64,000 nt of DNA from an uncultured delta proteobacterium (GTDB lineage: Bacteria > Myxococcota_A > Polyangia > Polyangiales > Polyangiaceae). The DNA is taken from NCBI GenBank assembly GCA_963811985.1, contig CAWEUH010000059.1, positions 21,989 through 85,988 of the forward strand. The letters run 5' to 3'. A program made the position numbers and the translations under genes. Below, piece after piece: positions 1 through 11,165 of the stretch. The notes beneath the pieces were generated by a model, which worked only from the letters and a program-made list of their open reading frames with translations, ran no database searches and was not told where the DNA came from. Position 1 is the stretch's first letter; each line of letters starts with the position of its first letter.

Positions 1-554
1 AGCTGAAATAGCCGACAGGGCCTGACATCAATTTCTTTTTTTGTTGTTACGGCACTCGCCACTTCGGTTGGCCTTCAGCGCGCGTGCCGCGCCAGCCGAT
101 CGCTGTCTGCCACCAGCCGACGCCGAAAGCCGAAGCCCGACCCCGACGCGGCCGTCTCCGATCGACTTTCCTGCGTGACGGGCAGCAAGTTTGCCCTTGT
201 TAGGTGTGTTTGCGGCTAGTCAGCCGAAACTGTTGGCATAACGCGGCGAACCTGTCTGCGACTGCTGCCGACCTCACAATAAGTGCCGATGGATGTCTTG
301 GTCAGAACTAAGCGCCTCGTGGTTCGTGGTGCCGTGCGCTTCACTGAGAAAGCTCGCCTTGAACTCGAAGCGGACGCTCTGGAACCCGAAGACGCTTTGG
401 AGGCAATCCTATCCGCCCCAAGCGATGATTAGGTTCTGAACCGCGACGGGCGACGACGAATCCGTCGTCGTCCCGTTGCCGAGCTGGCCGGAGTAGTTGG
501 ACCCCCAGCACTTCAGTGCGCCGTCCCGTCGAGCGGGTGGGGATGAAATTCGTT

Positions 555-2201
555 TCAGAAGCTGCGGCTCGGGCCGGTCTTCAAAGCCTCGCGCGTGATC
601 ATCAGAACGATGACGTCACTTCGCGCTAGTCGGGGCACACGCCCGCGCAGCCAGATTGCGGCGTCGTGCACGACGGTTTGCCGCACCGGCCCTGTCCGAG
701 CTGTTCGAAGGAGAAAGTCAGTGAGCAACTCAACATCCAGTCGCGCCTGTGTGCCATTGTCGATGCCGGCACTGCCGATAACCAGGCTCTCACCCGGTCC
801 AAGTTGAGCTTCGAACCGTTGAAGCGGCCCCACCAAGCCCGCTAGTACGGCCGGCTCGACCATTGGCAGCAAAGGCCTCGAAGAACCGTCGGCGATCACG
901 GCGAGGCCACCGAGCGGCCCCGTGAGTGCACTCACGGCTCCCCCAACCTCCACATGCACGAGCATGATACCGAGCCGGCGGCTGAGGGGTATCTGTGCAC
1001 CGGCCTGGCCAAGCGAAGTGAGCTCTTCCAGCAAATCCGTCACTGGCCCCTTGCTGCGTCGCTCGCGGAACACTCTGCGAACCTGCAGCGCTATGGTCGC
1101 GGCCTCGATCCCTACCCCATCCGGGTCGAGCACTAGCAGATCGACGCACTCAGAATGCGCAGAGAGCTCGAAGAGCTGACCGTCAACCATGCCCTGGCTT
1201 TGGTTGAGCACTCCAAACGCCGACAGATCACCCACTTGAATAACGCCTGGCAATGCCTCGCGGATTGCTAGCTTGGCCTCCGCATAACGTCGCTCGAGAT
1301 CGAGCAGGCGCAACTTGTCCTGCCTTGAAGTGACATTCTGAAACAGAATGAGGCCGACGAAAAAAAGGACCATCCCAAGACCCTTCAGGTACTTTTTGTG
1401 GATGGCATCGTTCGTCGTATCCATGTCGAACGCGACCAGCACCGCTCCGACATCGCCGGCTGCTCCGGCAACGGGACCGAAGGCCCAAGTAACCGTTGGA
1501 TCCCGCTCGTGCTGTTCGGTTCGCACTGCCTGCTGATACAACACCAGGTCGCTGTCTTGCTTGACCGGCGGCGACGCTACGAACCTTGCCGTGAGCGCAC
1601 TTATCGCATCGGTCCAGCGCTGTGGGAAGTCGCGATACCGACTCTTGGCCATGCGTTCGCGCTGCCCATCCGGGTCGTGCATCACGCCCGAGACATCTCG
1701 CAACAACTGCTTGGCGTAGTACTTGGTGAACGGCGCCAACCGACGGCGCTGAAACTTCGCTGCGTAGGACGGCTTGAGCTGTTCGTAGAGCACGGTGGCG
1801 TTTCTGTCCACGAAACGCACGAAACTGACTTGTTCGTCCGCAAACAGGCCTTCACTCAGATGGGCGAGAATCGTCGCGTCTCTGTGCTGCATCGCCTCGT
1901 CCGAAGCACCCGCGAGGATGTGTACGTAGCTAATGCCCCGCTCGCTGACGCGTCCCCGCAGGACGTTGATCTCGAACAACGTCGCGTTCCAATCCACGAC
2001 GACCTCGATCCCGCAAGCGATGATGAGACTCATGAGAAACACACGACGACTGCGGGCGAATCGCTCTCGCAATCGCTGGGTCCACGTCACTCCACTTGAC
2101 GTCTTGGTCGAGGGTCGCTGAATCACGCGGGTATTCTGGCGCTTCAGCGCGCCGATGGGCACGTAAATAGGAAGAACGGGCGGTGATTGCGTACGGTCCA
2201 C
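555..2201 (-). CDS. hypothetical membrane protein with two predicted TM helices; no family recognised
   Basis: 548-aa ORF with protein-like composition and hydrophobic segments ([26 protein letters not shown]). No motif I can name. Confidence 0.45.
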   Translation of the reverse strand: MDRTQSPPVLPIYVPIGALKRQNTRVIQRPSTKTSSGVTWTQRLRERFARSRRVFLMSLIIACGIEVVVDWNATLFEINVLRGRVSERGISYVHILAGASDEAMQHRDATILAHLSEGLFADEQVSFVRFVDRNATVLYEQLKPSYAAKFQRRRLAPFTKYYAKQLLRDVSGVMHDPDGQRERMAKSRYRDFPQRWTDAISALTARFVASPPVKQDSDLVLYQQAVRTEQHERDPTVTWAFGPVAGAAGDVGAVLVAFDMDTTNDAIHKKYLKGLGMVLFFVGLILFQNVTSRQDKLRLLDLERRYAEAKLAIREALPGVIQVGDLSAFGVLNQSQGMVDGQLFELSAHSECVDLLVLDPDGVGIEAATIALQVRRVFRERRSKGPVTDLLEELTSLGQAGAQIPLSRRLGIMLVHVEVGGAVSALTGPLGGLAVIADGSSRPLLPMVEPAVLAGLVGPLQRFEAQLGPGESLVIGSAGIDNGTQARLDVELLTDFLLRTARTGPVRQTVVHDAAIWLRGRVPRLARSDVIVLMITREALKTGPSRSF

Positions 2202-2344
2202 TGTGCTCCGCTTCGACGCTCGCCTCGCCCGCTCCGGCGGGTCGAGTTCGCGGGGCGGGCAAGGTGAAGAGTGGACAGTAGTGTTGGGCTTCTGCTGGAG
2301 GCGGTTCTCTTCGCCGCCAGCAGAATGGCGTATTGCCGCGGTTC

Positions 2345-2674
2345 TTAGCGAGTGACGATACTGAACTCGATGCGGCGATTCTTGGCACGCGCCGCGGCCG
2401 TGTTCTCGTCGCTGAGCGGTTTGTCCGGCCCCGCACCTTCCGCCTGAATTCGTGACGCATCAATCTTCTTGCCAACAAGGTAGGCCTTCACTGATTCGGC
2501 ACGCTTTAGCGACAGCTCGATATTGCGCTCACGGGGTCCCACATTGTCAGTGTGGCCGACGATCTTGATCTTGACCTCGGGATACGTCGTCAAGGTTTCT
2601 ACGGCCTTGTCCAAGATTGCGTAGGACATGGGCCGTATGGTGGCTTTCCCAAATTCAAACTCGATTCCAGGCAT
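2345..2674 (-). pseudogene. OmpA-like C-terminal peptidoglycan-binding domain; 3' part of an IS-disrupted TSP3-OmpA gene
   Basis: FEFGKATIRP...VKIKIVGHTDNVG...RNIELSLKRAESVKAYL...NRRIEFSIV is a classic OmpA/MotB C-domain. It has no signal peptide or N-terminal part of its own. In the same frame an upstream stop lies at 2789-2791. Confidence 0.7.
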
Positions 2675-2775
2675 GACGCCCGAGAATCGCTTAACGAGCT
2701 TGTAGAAAAACCCATTCGAAGAACGAGCGCAAGCCCCGCGTTCCGCCAGTGTATAACTTTCTAATAGAAATCCCG

Positions 2776-4487
2776 TTGGTTGCAGATTCTAGCTCAGAAA
2801 CGCTACGTTGTCCGAGAGGCGCTCGCTGGCCCTGCTGGCCCTCTCCCGGCTAGTGCCGCATGGCGGCACCCGCTACCTTCTCGATGTTGTGCACCATCGT
2901 GAAGAGCTTCCACTGGGCGCTCACCTTCTTCTGACCACGGAGGGTGAATCGTCGCATGCCCTTGTTCTGAATGTTGCCGAACACCGGTTCGACGGTGCCC
3001 ATGCGTTGACTGTAGAGCTCACGCCCGAACGGCGTATCGAACTTCCATCGCATGCGTTCGGTTGCACCATTGCGCTTGCTGCGACGTCTTGGTGCAGGCC
3101 CCTCTTGATGCTTGATGATCGTGAGTTGACGCTGAGGTGTGCGGTCGGGATGGCGGAGACACTGCTCCCGTAAGTGGCATCCACTGCAAGCCGTTTTCGG
3201 TGCTTTGAAACTGGCAACGCGATAGCCGTTGAAGAGCATGTTCTTGCCGGAGCGATAAAGCTTGTGCCCCGCAGGACAGATGCAACGGGCGTTTGCTTCG
3301 TCGTAGAGAAAGTCCTGCACGGTGAATAGTTTGGGCTTGGTGGTAACGCGAGTCTCGCGTTCACGCCTGCGGCGGAGAGCCCTCTCTTTCTTGTCGCGTT
3401 GCTTGTATCGCTCTGCCCCTGCAAACGCTGGCTCGCGCCGTCGGTAGTCACGGTCTGCAATGTAGGCATCAGCGCCAGTGGCTTCCACAGCAGCCACCAC
3501 CACGTTGCTGTGAAAGCCGCTGTCGGCGCTTACTTTGGCCTGCGCGAAGACGTCCTTGGCTAAGTCCAACTCAGTAAACCTTTGCCGTGTTGTCTCGATG
3601 AGGGGTGCCAACAGGTGCGCTTCGTATCCCGAGCCATGGGCCTCGGCATGCACGACGATTTGGGCTCGGTCATCGACGACCGCCAGCCCGTTGTAGCCCT
3701 GAATCACGCCGCGAGATGAAGTCATCTTCGCGCTCTCTGGGTCGGTCAGGTTGCTCTTCTGCTCGTTGCCGGTCGGCCCGAGCTTCTTCTCGTTCTGCTC
3801 CAGGAAGGCCTTGATCTCGGCGACCTTTCGTCGATAGTACTGGGCCTTCTCGGGCTCGCCGCAAGAGCCGGCGCTCTCGCGTTCCTGCCCATCACGCTCA
3901 CGATGGCGCTGCACTATACGCTCGGCAACCCGCTCTAACTTCTCGCGCTTCTCCTCGAGCTCCTTGTGGGTGCCGCTCCATTTCTTGGAGGCATTCGAGG
4001 GCAGTTTGCATCCGTCAATGGCAAAGTGCTCCTTGCCGATGAGGCCTAGCTCCGAGGCATAGAGCAACACGTCGCCAAACAGGCTCGCAATCTCATGCTC
4101 CAGGCTGCTGACGAAGGCCGCAATGGTCGTAAAGTGCGGCCTGGAATCTGCCGACAGCGCCATGAACACAACGTTGCGGCGGCATGCCTCGGCGATCCGT
4201 CGGCTCGAGACGATCCCGCGGTAGTAGCCATAGAGCACCACCTTCAGCAGCACCTTGGGGTCGTAGGCCGATCGCCCTGTCTCGTCGTTACGATAGCGGT
4301 GTTCGAAGACGGACAAGTCGAGATGCTCCTCCACGATCTCGTTGAGCGCATGCTCGAACGAACCCTCGACAATCTGGTCGGCATATGACAACGGAATCAT
4401 CTTCGATTGATTCAAGTCGTAGTGTTTGTATCTTGCCATCGAGCGCTCCAGTAACCTGTCTTGGCGCCCTTTGTATCCATCCCGATC
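2776..4487 (-). mobile_element. IS1182-family insertion sequence (boundaries approximate), inserted between the N- and C-terminal parts of a TSP3-OmpA gene
   Basis: A single 529-aa transposase is flanked by ~50-70 bp. The host ORF 4488..5639 stops immediately at 4488 and the OmpA domain resumes at 2674. Terminal IRs and TSD are not confidently resolved by eye. Confidence 0.65.
2850..4439 (-). CDS. IS1182-family DDE transposase
   Basis: N-terminal InsH-like region (YDPKVLLKVVLYGYYRGIVSSRRIAEACRRNVVFMAL) plus a C-terminal DDE domain. The ~530-aa size is typical of IS1182. Confidence 0.85.
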   Translation of the reverse strand: MARYKHYDLNQSKMIPLSYADQIVEGSFEHALNEIVEEHLDLSVFEHRYRNDETGRSAYDPKVLLKVVLYGYYRGIVSSRRIAEACRRNVVFMALSADSRPHFTTIAAFVSSLEHEIASLFGDVLLYASELGLIGKEHFAIDGCKLPSNASKKWSGTHKELEEKREKLERVAERIVQRHRERDGQERESAGSCGEPEKAQYYRRKVAEIKAFLEQNEKKLGPTGNEQKSNLTDPESAKMTSSRGVIQGYNGLAVVDDRAQIVVHAEAHGSGYEAHLLAPLIETTRQRFTELDLAKDVFAQAKVSADSGFHSNVVVAAVEATGADAYIADRDYRRREPAFAGAERYKQRDKKERALRRRRERETRVTTKPKLFTVQDFLYDEANARCICPAGHKLYRSGKNMLFNGYRVASFKAPKTACSGCHLREQCLRHPDRTPQRQLTIIKHQEGPAPRRRSKRNGATERMRWKFDTPFGRELYSQRMGTVEPVFGNIQNKGMRRFTLRGQKKVSAQWKLFTMVHNIEKVAGAAMRH

Positions 4488-5639
4488 CTAAATGCCAAGA
4501 GCAAAATGGACTTTTTCTACGGCCTCAACGGCTTCGGGAACCTCGTCGGGACAGCCGTCATCATCCTGATAACCATTTACGGTTTCCGGTTGATTGGGGC
4601 ACTTGTCCTGATCGCCGACAACGCCATCATGATCCGGATCCGGATCAGGGCAGCCGTTCTTCATGGTTCCCGCCACGCTCGGGCACTCATCGGCAGTATC
4701 GAGCACACCGTCACCGTCGGAGTCCGGCGGCGGCGGGCAGCCCGTTGGAGCGGGTCCCGCTAGATTGGGACATTGGTCATTGGCATCAATGATGCCATCT
4801 TTGTCCGTATCCGCTGGACAGCCATCGGGAGCGACCCCCTTATCGTTGGGGCACTTGTCGGCCGTGTCCGGGATGCCGTCGCCGTCCGAATCGGGGGGCG
4901 GCGCGCTGGCGGGTTGGGGCCTTGACCTTCCCAATGTGAATGTCAGTCCAAGCAACAGTTCCGGATAGTGAGCAAGCGATGCATTCGTTTGAGCCGAATA
5001 CTTGCCCAAGGTATCTCGCACGTCTAGGCGAGCTGAGATAAAATCATCGAAGGGAATTTTGACGCCCGCCCCGAAGTGGAAGCCGAGATCAGTGTCCCTG
5101 CCCAGTTCCTGGCTGTTCGCGCCAAGAGCGCCCGCGCCAACCAGCAAAAAAGGCGTTATGCTCGACGAGGTCAGTTGCCCAATCAGGTGCCCCCTTCCCG
5201 CCCATATTCCCGCGCCGCCGCCGTTCTTAACGGTAGCCGCAACCGAAGCTGCCTCGGCCTCAACTCCGAGAAAATCTACGGGAAAGTACGCCAGCCGCAG
5301 GCCGAGCTCGCCTCCGGTTCCGAATTCGCGGTGAAGCGTTCCGGAAGCTTCCAGCCCGTGTGAAGCCGAAGGGAACATGACCCCGCCAAAAATTCCCATC
5401 TCCACCATGCCGGCTTCGGGTCGATAGCGGGTCATATAGCCGTCGTCCGACTTGGGGGTTAGCGTGCCGCTAAGATTTACATCCGCAATTTGGATGTTGT
5501 TGGACGCGGAGGTAGTTGCTGAACTAGTATTTGCTGAAGTGGACGTCCCCGCGGGTGCGGCCTGCGTTGACTGAGCCAGCGCGGGAGAAACGGTTACGAT
5601 CGGAAGAAGCCACGTTAGCCAGAATCTGCTTGATTTCAC
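4488..5639 (-). pseudogene. 5' part of the TSP3-OmpA outer membrane protein gene: signal peptide, beta-rich N-domain and thrombospondin type-3 Ca-binding repeats; truncated by the IS
   Basis: Signal peptide MKSSRFWLTWLLPIVTVSPALAQ. Repeated DxDxDGxxDxxDxCP motifs. It ends ...KVHFALGI-stop right at the IS boundary and lacks the OmpA domain found at 2345..2674. Confidence 0.7.
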
Positions 5640-5664
5640 GGTAATACCTCGGGTGTGGATGCAG

Positions 5665-6564
5665 TCATAGTAGTGTATAGACCAGGTTCACGGCCGTGAT
5701 CGTGTCAGTGTTCTTGACACCGGGTAGCGGTGCGTGGTCGTAGCGAAGACTAAACGTCGTTGCGAATGAGAACCGGCCCCCGATGGACGAGTTGATTGCA
5801 GCGTCCCAATTGAAGCGCCAGTACTTCGTATCACCGAGCCCTTGTAGATATTCCGTGCCGGTCAATAGCGATACAGCCTTGTTGATGCTTCCACTATAGC
5901 CGAGGAACACGCGCGAACTATGCCTTGTGTCAGTTTTGTTCAGTACTATGCCCTTTGCCGCCGCTGTCTCGATATTCGCCTGACGCCGCAAGTCGTGCTG
6001 AAGATCGTAACCAAGTTCTGTCCATAACTGGTGGGGGCTCGTGTCGATGAAGTAGTAAGCAACACCAGGGTCCAAGTTCTCGCGCAAAATTAGCCCTTGG
6101 AACCGATCGTTGCGCCCCGAAAGCGACAAGAACACGGCAAAGCCACTGCCCAAGAACCTGTCGTAGCGCGCTTTGCCTTGCACGTTCTCCAATGTGGTTT
6201 GCATCGGCACGTCGGGCGTCGAGGCAGAACTGGACTTGTTACCCGCCAAGGCGAGGGTCAACTAGTTATCTTCACGGCGGGCTCGGAACCGACTTGTTCC
6301 CGTAAATGCCAAGAGGCGAGCATTGCCCGAACTGGTCAACGCCCCTGCCGACAATTGCAGTTCGGTGGCATCGTTTGCCTTCGCATCCTTCTTGACGTCG
6401 ATCTTGTCAAACCCTTCTGTTGTGACATCCGTCGAGCCGGCAGTAGCTGGCTTCGTCGTCATCAGGCCTTTGGCGGGTTCCTGCGCATTGGCCGCGGCAC
6501 TTGCGAAGCAAATGCCAAATAGTGCCAGCGCGGACGAGTTTAACCATATCCGTAGCTTACACAT
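5665..6564 (-). CDS. DUF481-family outer-membrane protein with an in-frame TAG stop at 6262-6264 (pseudogene or sequencing error)
   Basis: Signal peptide MCKLRIWLNSSALALFGICFASAAANAQ at 6564. The reading frame is continuous across the TAG (…RARREDN*LTLALAGNK…). The C-terminal half has a DUF481-like beta-strand pattern. Confidence 0.5.
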
Positions 6565-6844
6565 AGCGTAACATCCTTTGTTAGCGAAGAGATTTGCCTG
6601 TTGGGAACAACGCAGAGTGAACTCGACATCGAGGTCTTTACTCTGCGAGTGCGAATGACTTTCGCAGCCGTCGTACCGAATGTATGAAACTTGTAGCAAA
6701 TACCCGGCTTCCCTTGCGTGTTCGATCACCAAACGTCGCCCATTTACTCCCAAAAAAAAATCGGAGCAACGAAGAACCACGATTCGAAGAGTGTGAGTCA
6801 ACTTACGGGCCGAACGGGGGTTTCCGCCGGACATTGTTAGTGCT

Positions 6845-9079
6845 ATGGACGTCAGTGTGAAGAACAAGAAGCAGTGGGCGTTCTTTCGAGCTGGAGGCTT
6901 TGACCAGGTCAAACTGGAGACGGGAGCCGACCTGCTTGCTCTAGAGCAGTTGGATCAGAAGCTATGGGTCGCTCTAGCTTGCCCGACGAGCGGGCTGGAG
7001 GTGGCTCCTCGCACATTGGAATTGATCGACACAGATAAGGACGGGCGAGTGCGGGCGCCTGAGCTGATCGCTGCCGTCAAGTTCGCCTGTTCGAATCTTA
7101 AGAATCCGGATAACCTTTTGAGGGGCGAAAAGGAACTTTCACTCAGTGCCATCAATGACAAGACGGACGAGGGCAGGACTTTGCTCGCCTCTGCCAAGCA
7201 GGTGCTGGTCAATCTCGGCAAGAAGAATGACGTAGCAATATCAGCCGATGACCTAACGGATCCCGCTCGAATTTTTGCCGATACCCCGTTTAACGGCGAT
7301 GGAATCATCACGGAATTGTCAACGGACGATGAATTCATTCGCTCGGTGATTCGAGACATTATGGAATGTGTCGGCAGCGTTCTGGACCGTTCGGGCAAGC
7401 AAGGGATATCTGCCGAACAGACCGAAAGTTTCTTTGATGAGGTCAAGGCATACGCCGATTGGCAGGAGGTCATTCGATCCAATTCCAGCATTTTGACTCT
7501 TGGCCGAGAAAAAACGGCCGTGGCAGCCGTTGCAGTATCCGCAATCCGAACCAAGGTGGACGACTATTTTGCCCGCTGCAGGCTCGCGGCTTTTGATACT
7601 CGCATATCCCAACTACTCAACCGCAAGGAAGAAGAGTATCTTGAGGTTGCGGCGAAGGACTTGAGCCTTAGCGTCACCGAAGTGGCAAGCTTCCCATTGG
7701 CACAAGTGGCTGCCGGCAAAAGTCTACCACTGTCGGGCCCAGTGAACCCAGCCCACAGTGCCGCCCTCAAGACGCTCCAAGAGGCCGCGGTGGGCCCACT
7801 GCTCGGGCAGCGTGAGTACTTGACGGAGGCTGATTGGATAACACTGACGGAGCGACTAGCCGCCTATGATGCTTGGTTTGCCAGCAAGCAATGTCCGCGC
7901 ATCGAGAAACTCGGCGATGCGCGAATTGTGGAAATCCTTGAATCGAAGGCACATCAAAGAATCGATGAACTCATCGCCAAAGACAAGGCCCTGCAAGCCG
8001 AAGCCGCAAGCATAGAAAATGTCGAACGTTTGGTGCGCTACTATCGCGATCTCTTTCTGATTTGCACCAATTTCGTGAACTTCAAGGACTTCTACGACGG
8101 CGATGCCCCTTCGGTTTTTCAGTGTGGAACATTGTACCTCGACCAACGCGCCTGTCGGCTTTGCATGCGGGTGGAAGATCCTGCGAAACATGCGCTAATG
8201 GCTGGCCTGGCCGGAGCTTACCTTGCCTACGCGGACTGCACGCGGCCCGGAACGGGTGAGAAAATGCACATAGTGGCCGTCTTTACGGCAGGGGGTAGCG
8301 ACAACCTGATGGTTGGCAGAAATGGCCTATTTTACGACCGCCAGGGCCGCGACTGGGACGCGACGATTACGAAGATTATCGACAACCCGATTAGCATTCG
8401 TCAGGCATTCTGGGCCCCCTACAAGAAGTTCGTGCGAATGATTGAAGAGCAGGTGGCAAAACGTGCCGCCACTGCCAATAGTGATTCGACCGGCATGCTT
8501 TCATCAGCGGCCAGCAGTGTTGCGAATGTGGACAAGGCGGCAGCGCCCCCCGAACCGAAGAAGATTGACGTAGGTTCCGTCGCTGCATTGGGAGTAGCCG
8601 TGGGCGCCCTCGGTGCGTTCCTAACGGCGGTCGTTGGGTACGCCACGGGCATCATCAAGTTGGGCCCATTGGCGATTGCGGGCGCCGTATTGGGCGTCAT
8701 GTTGCTCATTTCGCTGCCGTCCGTCGTCTTGGCGTACATCACATTGCGCAAGCGAAATCTGGGGCCAATTCTCGATGCCAACGGCTGGGCCGTCAATGCG
8801 AATGCCAGAATCAACGTAGCCTTCGGTACCACATTGACGGGTTTGGCGAAGCTGCCTGCTGGTTCAAGACGCGATTCAAAAGATCTCTACGTGGACAAGG
8901 GGATTCCTTGGAAGCGCGTTGTGTTCATCCTTGTCATCGGAGTCATTGCCTATCGCTGGTACGAAGGAGAATTTGATCGTTTTCTGCCTCGCCACCTGCA
9001 TTCAGATAGCGTCCTCGGCAAGTTTGCGCCAGAAAGGCCGTCACCACCAGTGACACCGACGGAGAGCAGTGCGCAGTAG
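6845..9079 (+). CDS. large hypothetical protein (744 aa) with an EF-hand-like loop (DTDKDGRV) and a C-terminal cluster of 3 TM helices
   Basis: Long ORF with good composition. Hydrophobic helices are at aa ~570-640 and ~700-720. No known family recognised. Confidence 0.6.
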   Translation: MDVSVKNKKQWAFFRAGGFDQVKLETGADLLALEQLDQKLWVALACPTSGLEVAPRTLELIDTDKDGRVRAPELIAAVKFACSNLKNPDNLLRGEKELSLSAINDKTDEGRTLLASAKQVLVNLGKKNDVAISADDLTDPARIFADTPFNGDGIITELSTDDEFIRSVIRDIMECVGSVLDRSGKQGISAEQTESFFDEVKAYADWQEVIRSNSSILTLGREKTAVAAVAVSAIRTKVDDYFARCRLAAFDTRISQLLNRKEEEYLEVAAKDLSLSVTEVASFPLAQVAAGKSLPLSGPVNPAHSAALKTLQEAAVGPLLGQREYLTEADWITLTERLAAYDAWFASKQCPRIEKLGDARIVEILESKAHQRIDELIAKDKALQAEAASIENVERLVRYYRDLFLICTNFVNFKDFYDGDAPSVFQCGTLYLDQRACRLCMRVEDPAKHALMAGLAGAYLAYADCTRPGTGEKMHIVAVFTAGGSDNLMVGRNGLFYDRQGRDWDATITKIIDNPISIRQAFWAPYKKFVRMIEEQVAKRAATANSDSTGMLSSAASSVANVDKAAAPPEPKKIDVGSVAALGVAVGALGAFLTAVVGYATGIIKLGPLAIAGAVLGVMLLISLPSVVLAYITLRKRNLGPILDANGWAVNANARINVAFGTTLTGLAKLPAGSRRDSKDLYVDKGIPWKRVVFILVIGVIAYRWYEGEFDRFLPRHLHSDSVLGKFAPERPSPPVTPTESSAQ

Positions 9080-9429
9080 TGCGGCTGGCTTGGTGGGCTA
9101 GCTTGCCGCTGGCTTGACATCCCAGACGAACAGGTTGAGGAGATGCTAAAGCAGCACGAGGACGCGTTGTTGGCGACGATGCTCGTGCGAACCCTGATGG
9201 CTGCGCGCAAACTGCAGGATGCGACAAAGGTTGGAGGTCTCCGACCAAAAGGACTAGCCATCACCGTAGGAATATCGCCATCGGTGGTCGTAAAGTTCGG
9301 ATAATGCTAGATGATTTTATCCCCGTCGTGTGAACCGGCGTGGAGATTTCTCGACGAATCGCTCTCAGACGCCTATTGTCCCGGCATGGGCGATCACAAT
9401 TGGCCGTATCGAGAATGGAGGAGGAGAAC

Positions 9430-10122
9430 GTGAGAAAATATGCTGCTGAATTCATTGGAACGTTTTGGCTAGTGCTGGGCGGGTGCGGCAGTGCAGTCCT
9501 TGCGGCGGCGTTTCCCAATGTCGGCATTGGGCTTCTCGGAGTGGCGCTGGCATTCGGTTTGACCGTATTGACCATGGCCTACGCTATCGGTCACATTTCT
9601 GGCTGTCACCTAAATCCAGCCGTTTCGATTGGATTGTGGGCGGGCGGGCGCTTCGAATCCAAGTACTTGATGCCGTATATCGTTGCGCAGGTTCTTGGTG
9701 GGCTGGCAGCTGGCGGGGTGCTCTATCTTATCGCTAGCGGCAACGCGGATTTCAATGTTGCAGCCGGGTTTGCATCAAACGGTTACGGCGAACATTCGCC
9801 GGGCGGTTACTCCATGGTTGCCGCCGTTGTATGTGAAGTGGTGATGACACTGATGTTCCTGTTCGTCATCATGGGAGCCACGGACAAGCGTGCGCCGCAA
9901 GGATTTGCGCCAATCGCGATCGGCTTGTGTTTGACGCTGATTCACCTGATTAGCATTCCCGTTACCAATACGTCAGTGAATCCCGCTCGGAGCACCGGCG
10001 TCGCTGTATACGTTGGAGGCTGGGCACTTTCACAATTGTGGCTGTTTTGGGTCGCACCGATAGTCGGAGCCGCAGTTGGCGGGCTTCTATACAAATCCGT
10101 AGTGGGCGAGAAACAAGAGTAG
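9430..10122 (+). CDS. aqpZ: aquaporin Z (MIP-family water channel)
   Basis: Two NPA motifs (HLNPAVS, SVNPARS). GTG start is preceded by the RBS GGAGGAG. The N-terminus matches AqpZ ([18 protein letters not shown]). Confidence 0.9.
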   Translation: MRKYAAEFIGTFWLVLGGCGSAVLAAAFPNVGIGLLGVALAFGLTVLTMAYAIGHISGCHLNPAVSIGLWAGGRFESKYLMPYIVAQVLGGLAAGGVLYLIASGNADFNVAAGFASNGYGEHSPGGYSMVAAVVCEVVMTLMFLFVIMGATDKRAPQGFAPIAIGLCLTLIHLISIPVTNTSVNPARSTGVAVYVGGWALSQLWLFWVAPIVGAAVGGLLYKSVVGEKQE

Positions 10123-10378
10123 TTGGTCGTGCTCTACAACACAATGTCATCTCGCAGGTGACAGGCGGTTGCCGACTGCTCCTTGTTGTTCCGGCGTCCG
10201 GTAGCGAACCAGACCGAAAGGAGGGCTAGACGAATCAGTACACTGTACCCCGGTCCATGGTATCGTTGTCCGAGGTCAAGTCAACGCACGTGCTGGTGCA
10301 GTCGGACTGGCTCCCCTCGTGGCACTCGCAGTCGAACAATCTGCACTCGCGCACGTCGCAAAAGGGGCTCCGACGAGT

Positions 10379-11075
10379 TCAGTTGAATGTCGCCGTCACC
10401 ATCAGACTCGGCACGTAAGCATGTACATCGACGTCAAGGTACCCCGCCGCATCGGGTGACAGTCGTGACGATACGTAGATGAGTCGCGCCATGCCGCCCA
10501 GGCTCGCTTGTTGACCCACCCACGCTTCGTAACCAATGCCAGCGACGAGTCCAAGGCCAGTCCCTCCATAAGAAGCACCAGGCGCGGCTACAGCCACGCA
10601 TATCCCGTTGAGAGACGCCGGACAAACTGTCTTGCTGTCACCGTTGCCTGCCGACACGAACGCCGCCCCCGCCGAAAGCTCGATGTGAAAGCCGTGCTGC
10701 AGGTTTGGATACAGGTCGATGAACGGCCCCAAGATTTCCGACGCAAAGGTTCCGCCGTCGAGGTTGAACTGTTCCCCTGCATACGGCACGGAATAGGTAG
10801 GCGAGCCGCTCACGAATGCAAATAGACCTGCTCCAAGCACTAGCCCGCGCGCTGGCGTGCCGCCCAGAGAAAACTCCAGTTGCAGCGGCGTGCCGGACAT
10901 ATCGACCGAAGTTCCACCTTGTGGCGTGACGCTGCCGGTGAGCACGCCAACGCCCGCTCCGAATCGCAGAAAGAAACCATCGTGGAAGTACGGCATTGAA
11001 TGCCTATGCTGCTCCCGCGCTGGCCTCGATCGAACTTGGGTTGCGCCGCTTCCCGCGGGCGACGTCAGCTCTTGC
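10379..11075 (-). pseudogene. 3' part of an outer-membrane beta-barrel-like protein gene split by the IS66 element
   Basis: The frame is continuous through the left TSD copy into the 5' part at 14689..14906. The product is Gly/Ala/Ser-rich with alternating aromatics and a C-terminal beta-strand. Confidence 0.55.
11068..11075. repeat. 8-bp target-site duplication GCTCTTGC (left copy) of the IS66 element
   Basis: Identical octamers at 11068-11075 and 14681-14688 directly abut the terminal inverted repeats. Confidence 0.85.
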
Positions 11076-11165
11076 GTGTCCTTTCCGCAGCCGTGCGTGA
11101 CGAGCGCGGCGGCATCGAGCTAGGGTCCGGACCAAGCAACACATCCAACAGGAGCAAGCCGGTCC

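Noticed and set aside
595-2121. Numerous 60-230-aa ORFs overlapping or antisense to the 555..2201 gene (e.g. 1398..2099, 790..1149)
   Set aside because: Arg/Ala/Pro-rich composition typical of spurious ORFs in ~68% GC DNA. They are nested entirely within a longer, more protein-like ORF.
2921-4388. ORFs antisense to or overlapping the IS1182 transposase (2921..3469, 3605..3814, 4095..4388)
   Set aside because: Embedded within the transposase gene on the opposite strand or in another frame. No independent signals.
6955-8832. Antisense ORFs within the 744-aa hypothetical gene (6955..7554, 7856..8191, 8419..8832)
   Set aside because: Ser/Ala/Arg-rich with no motifs, fully overlapped by the long sense ORF.
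10183-10386. Plus-strand 67-aa ORF downstream of aqpZ
   Set aside because: Arg/Cys/Ser-rich junk composition and no RBS.
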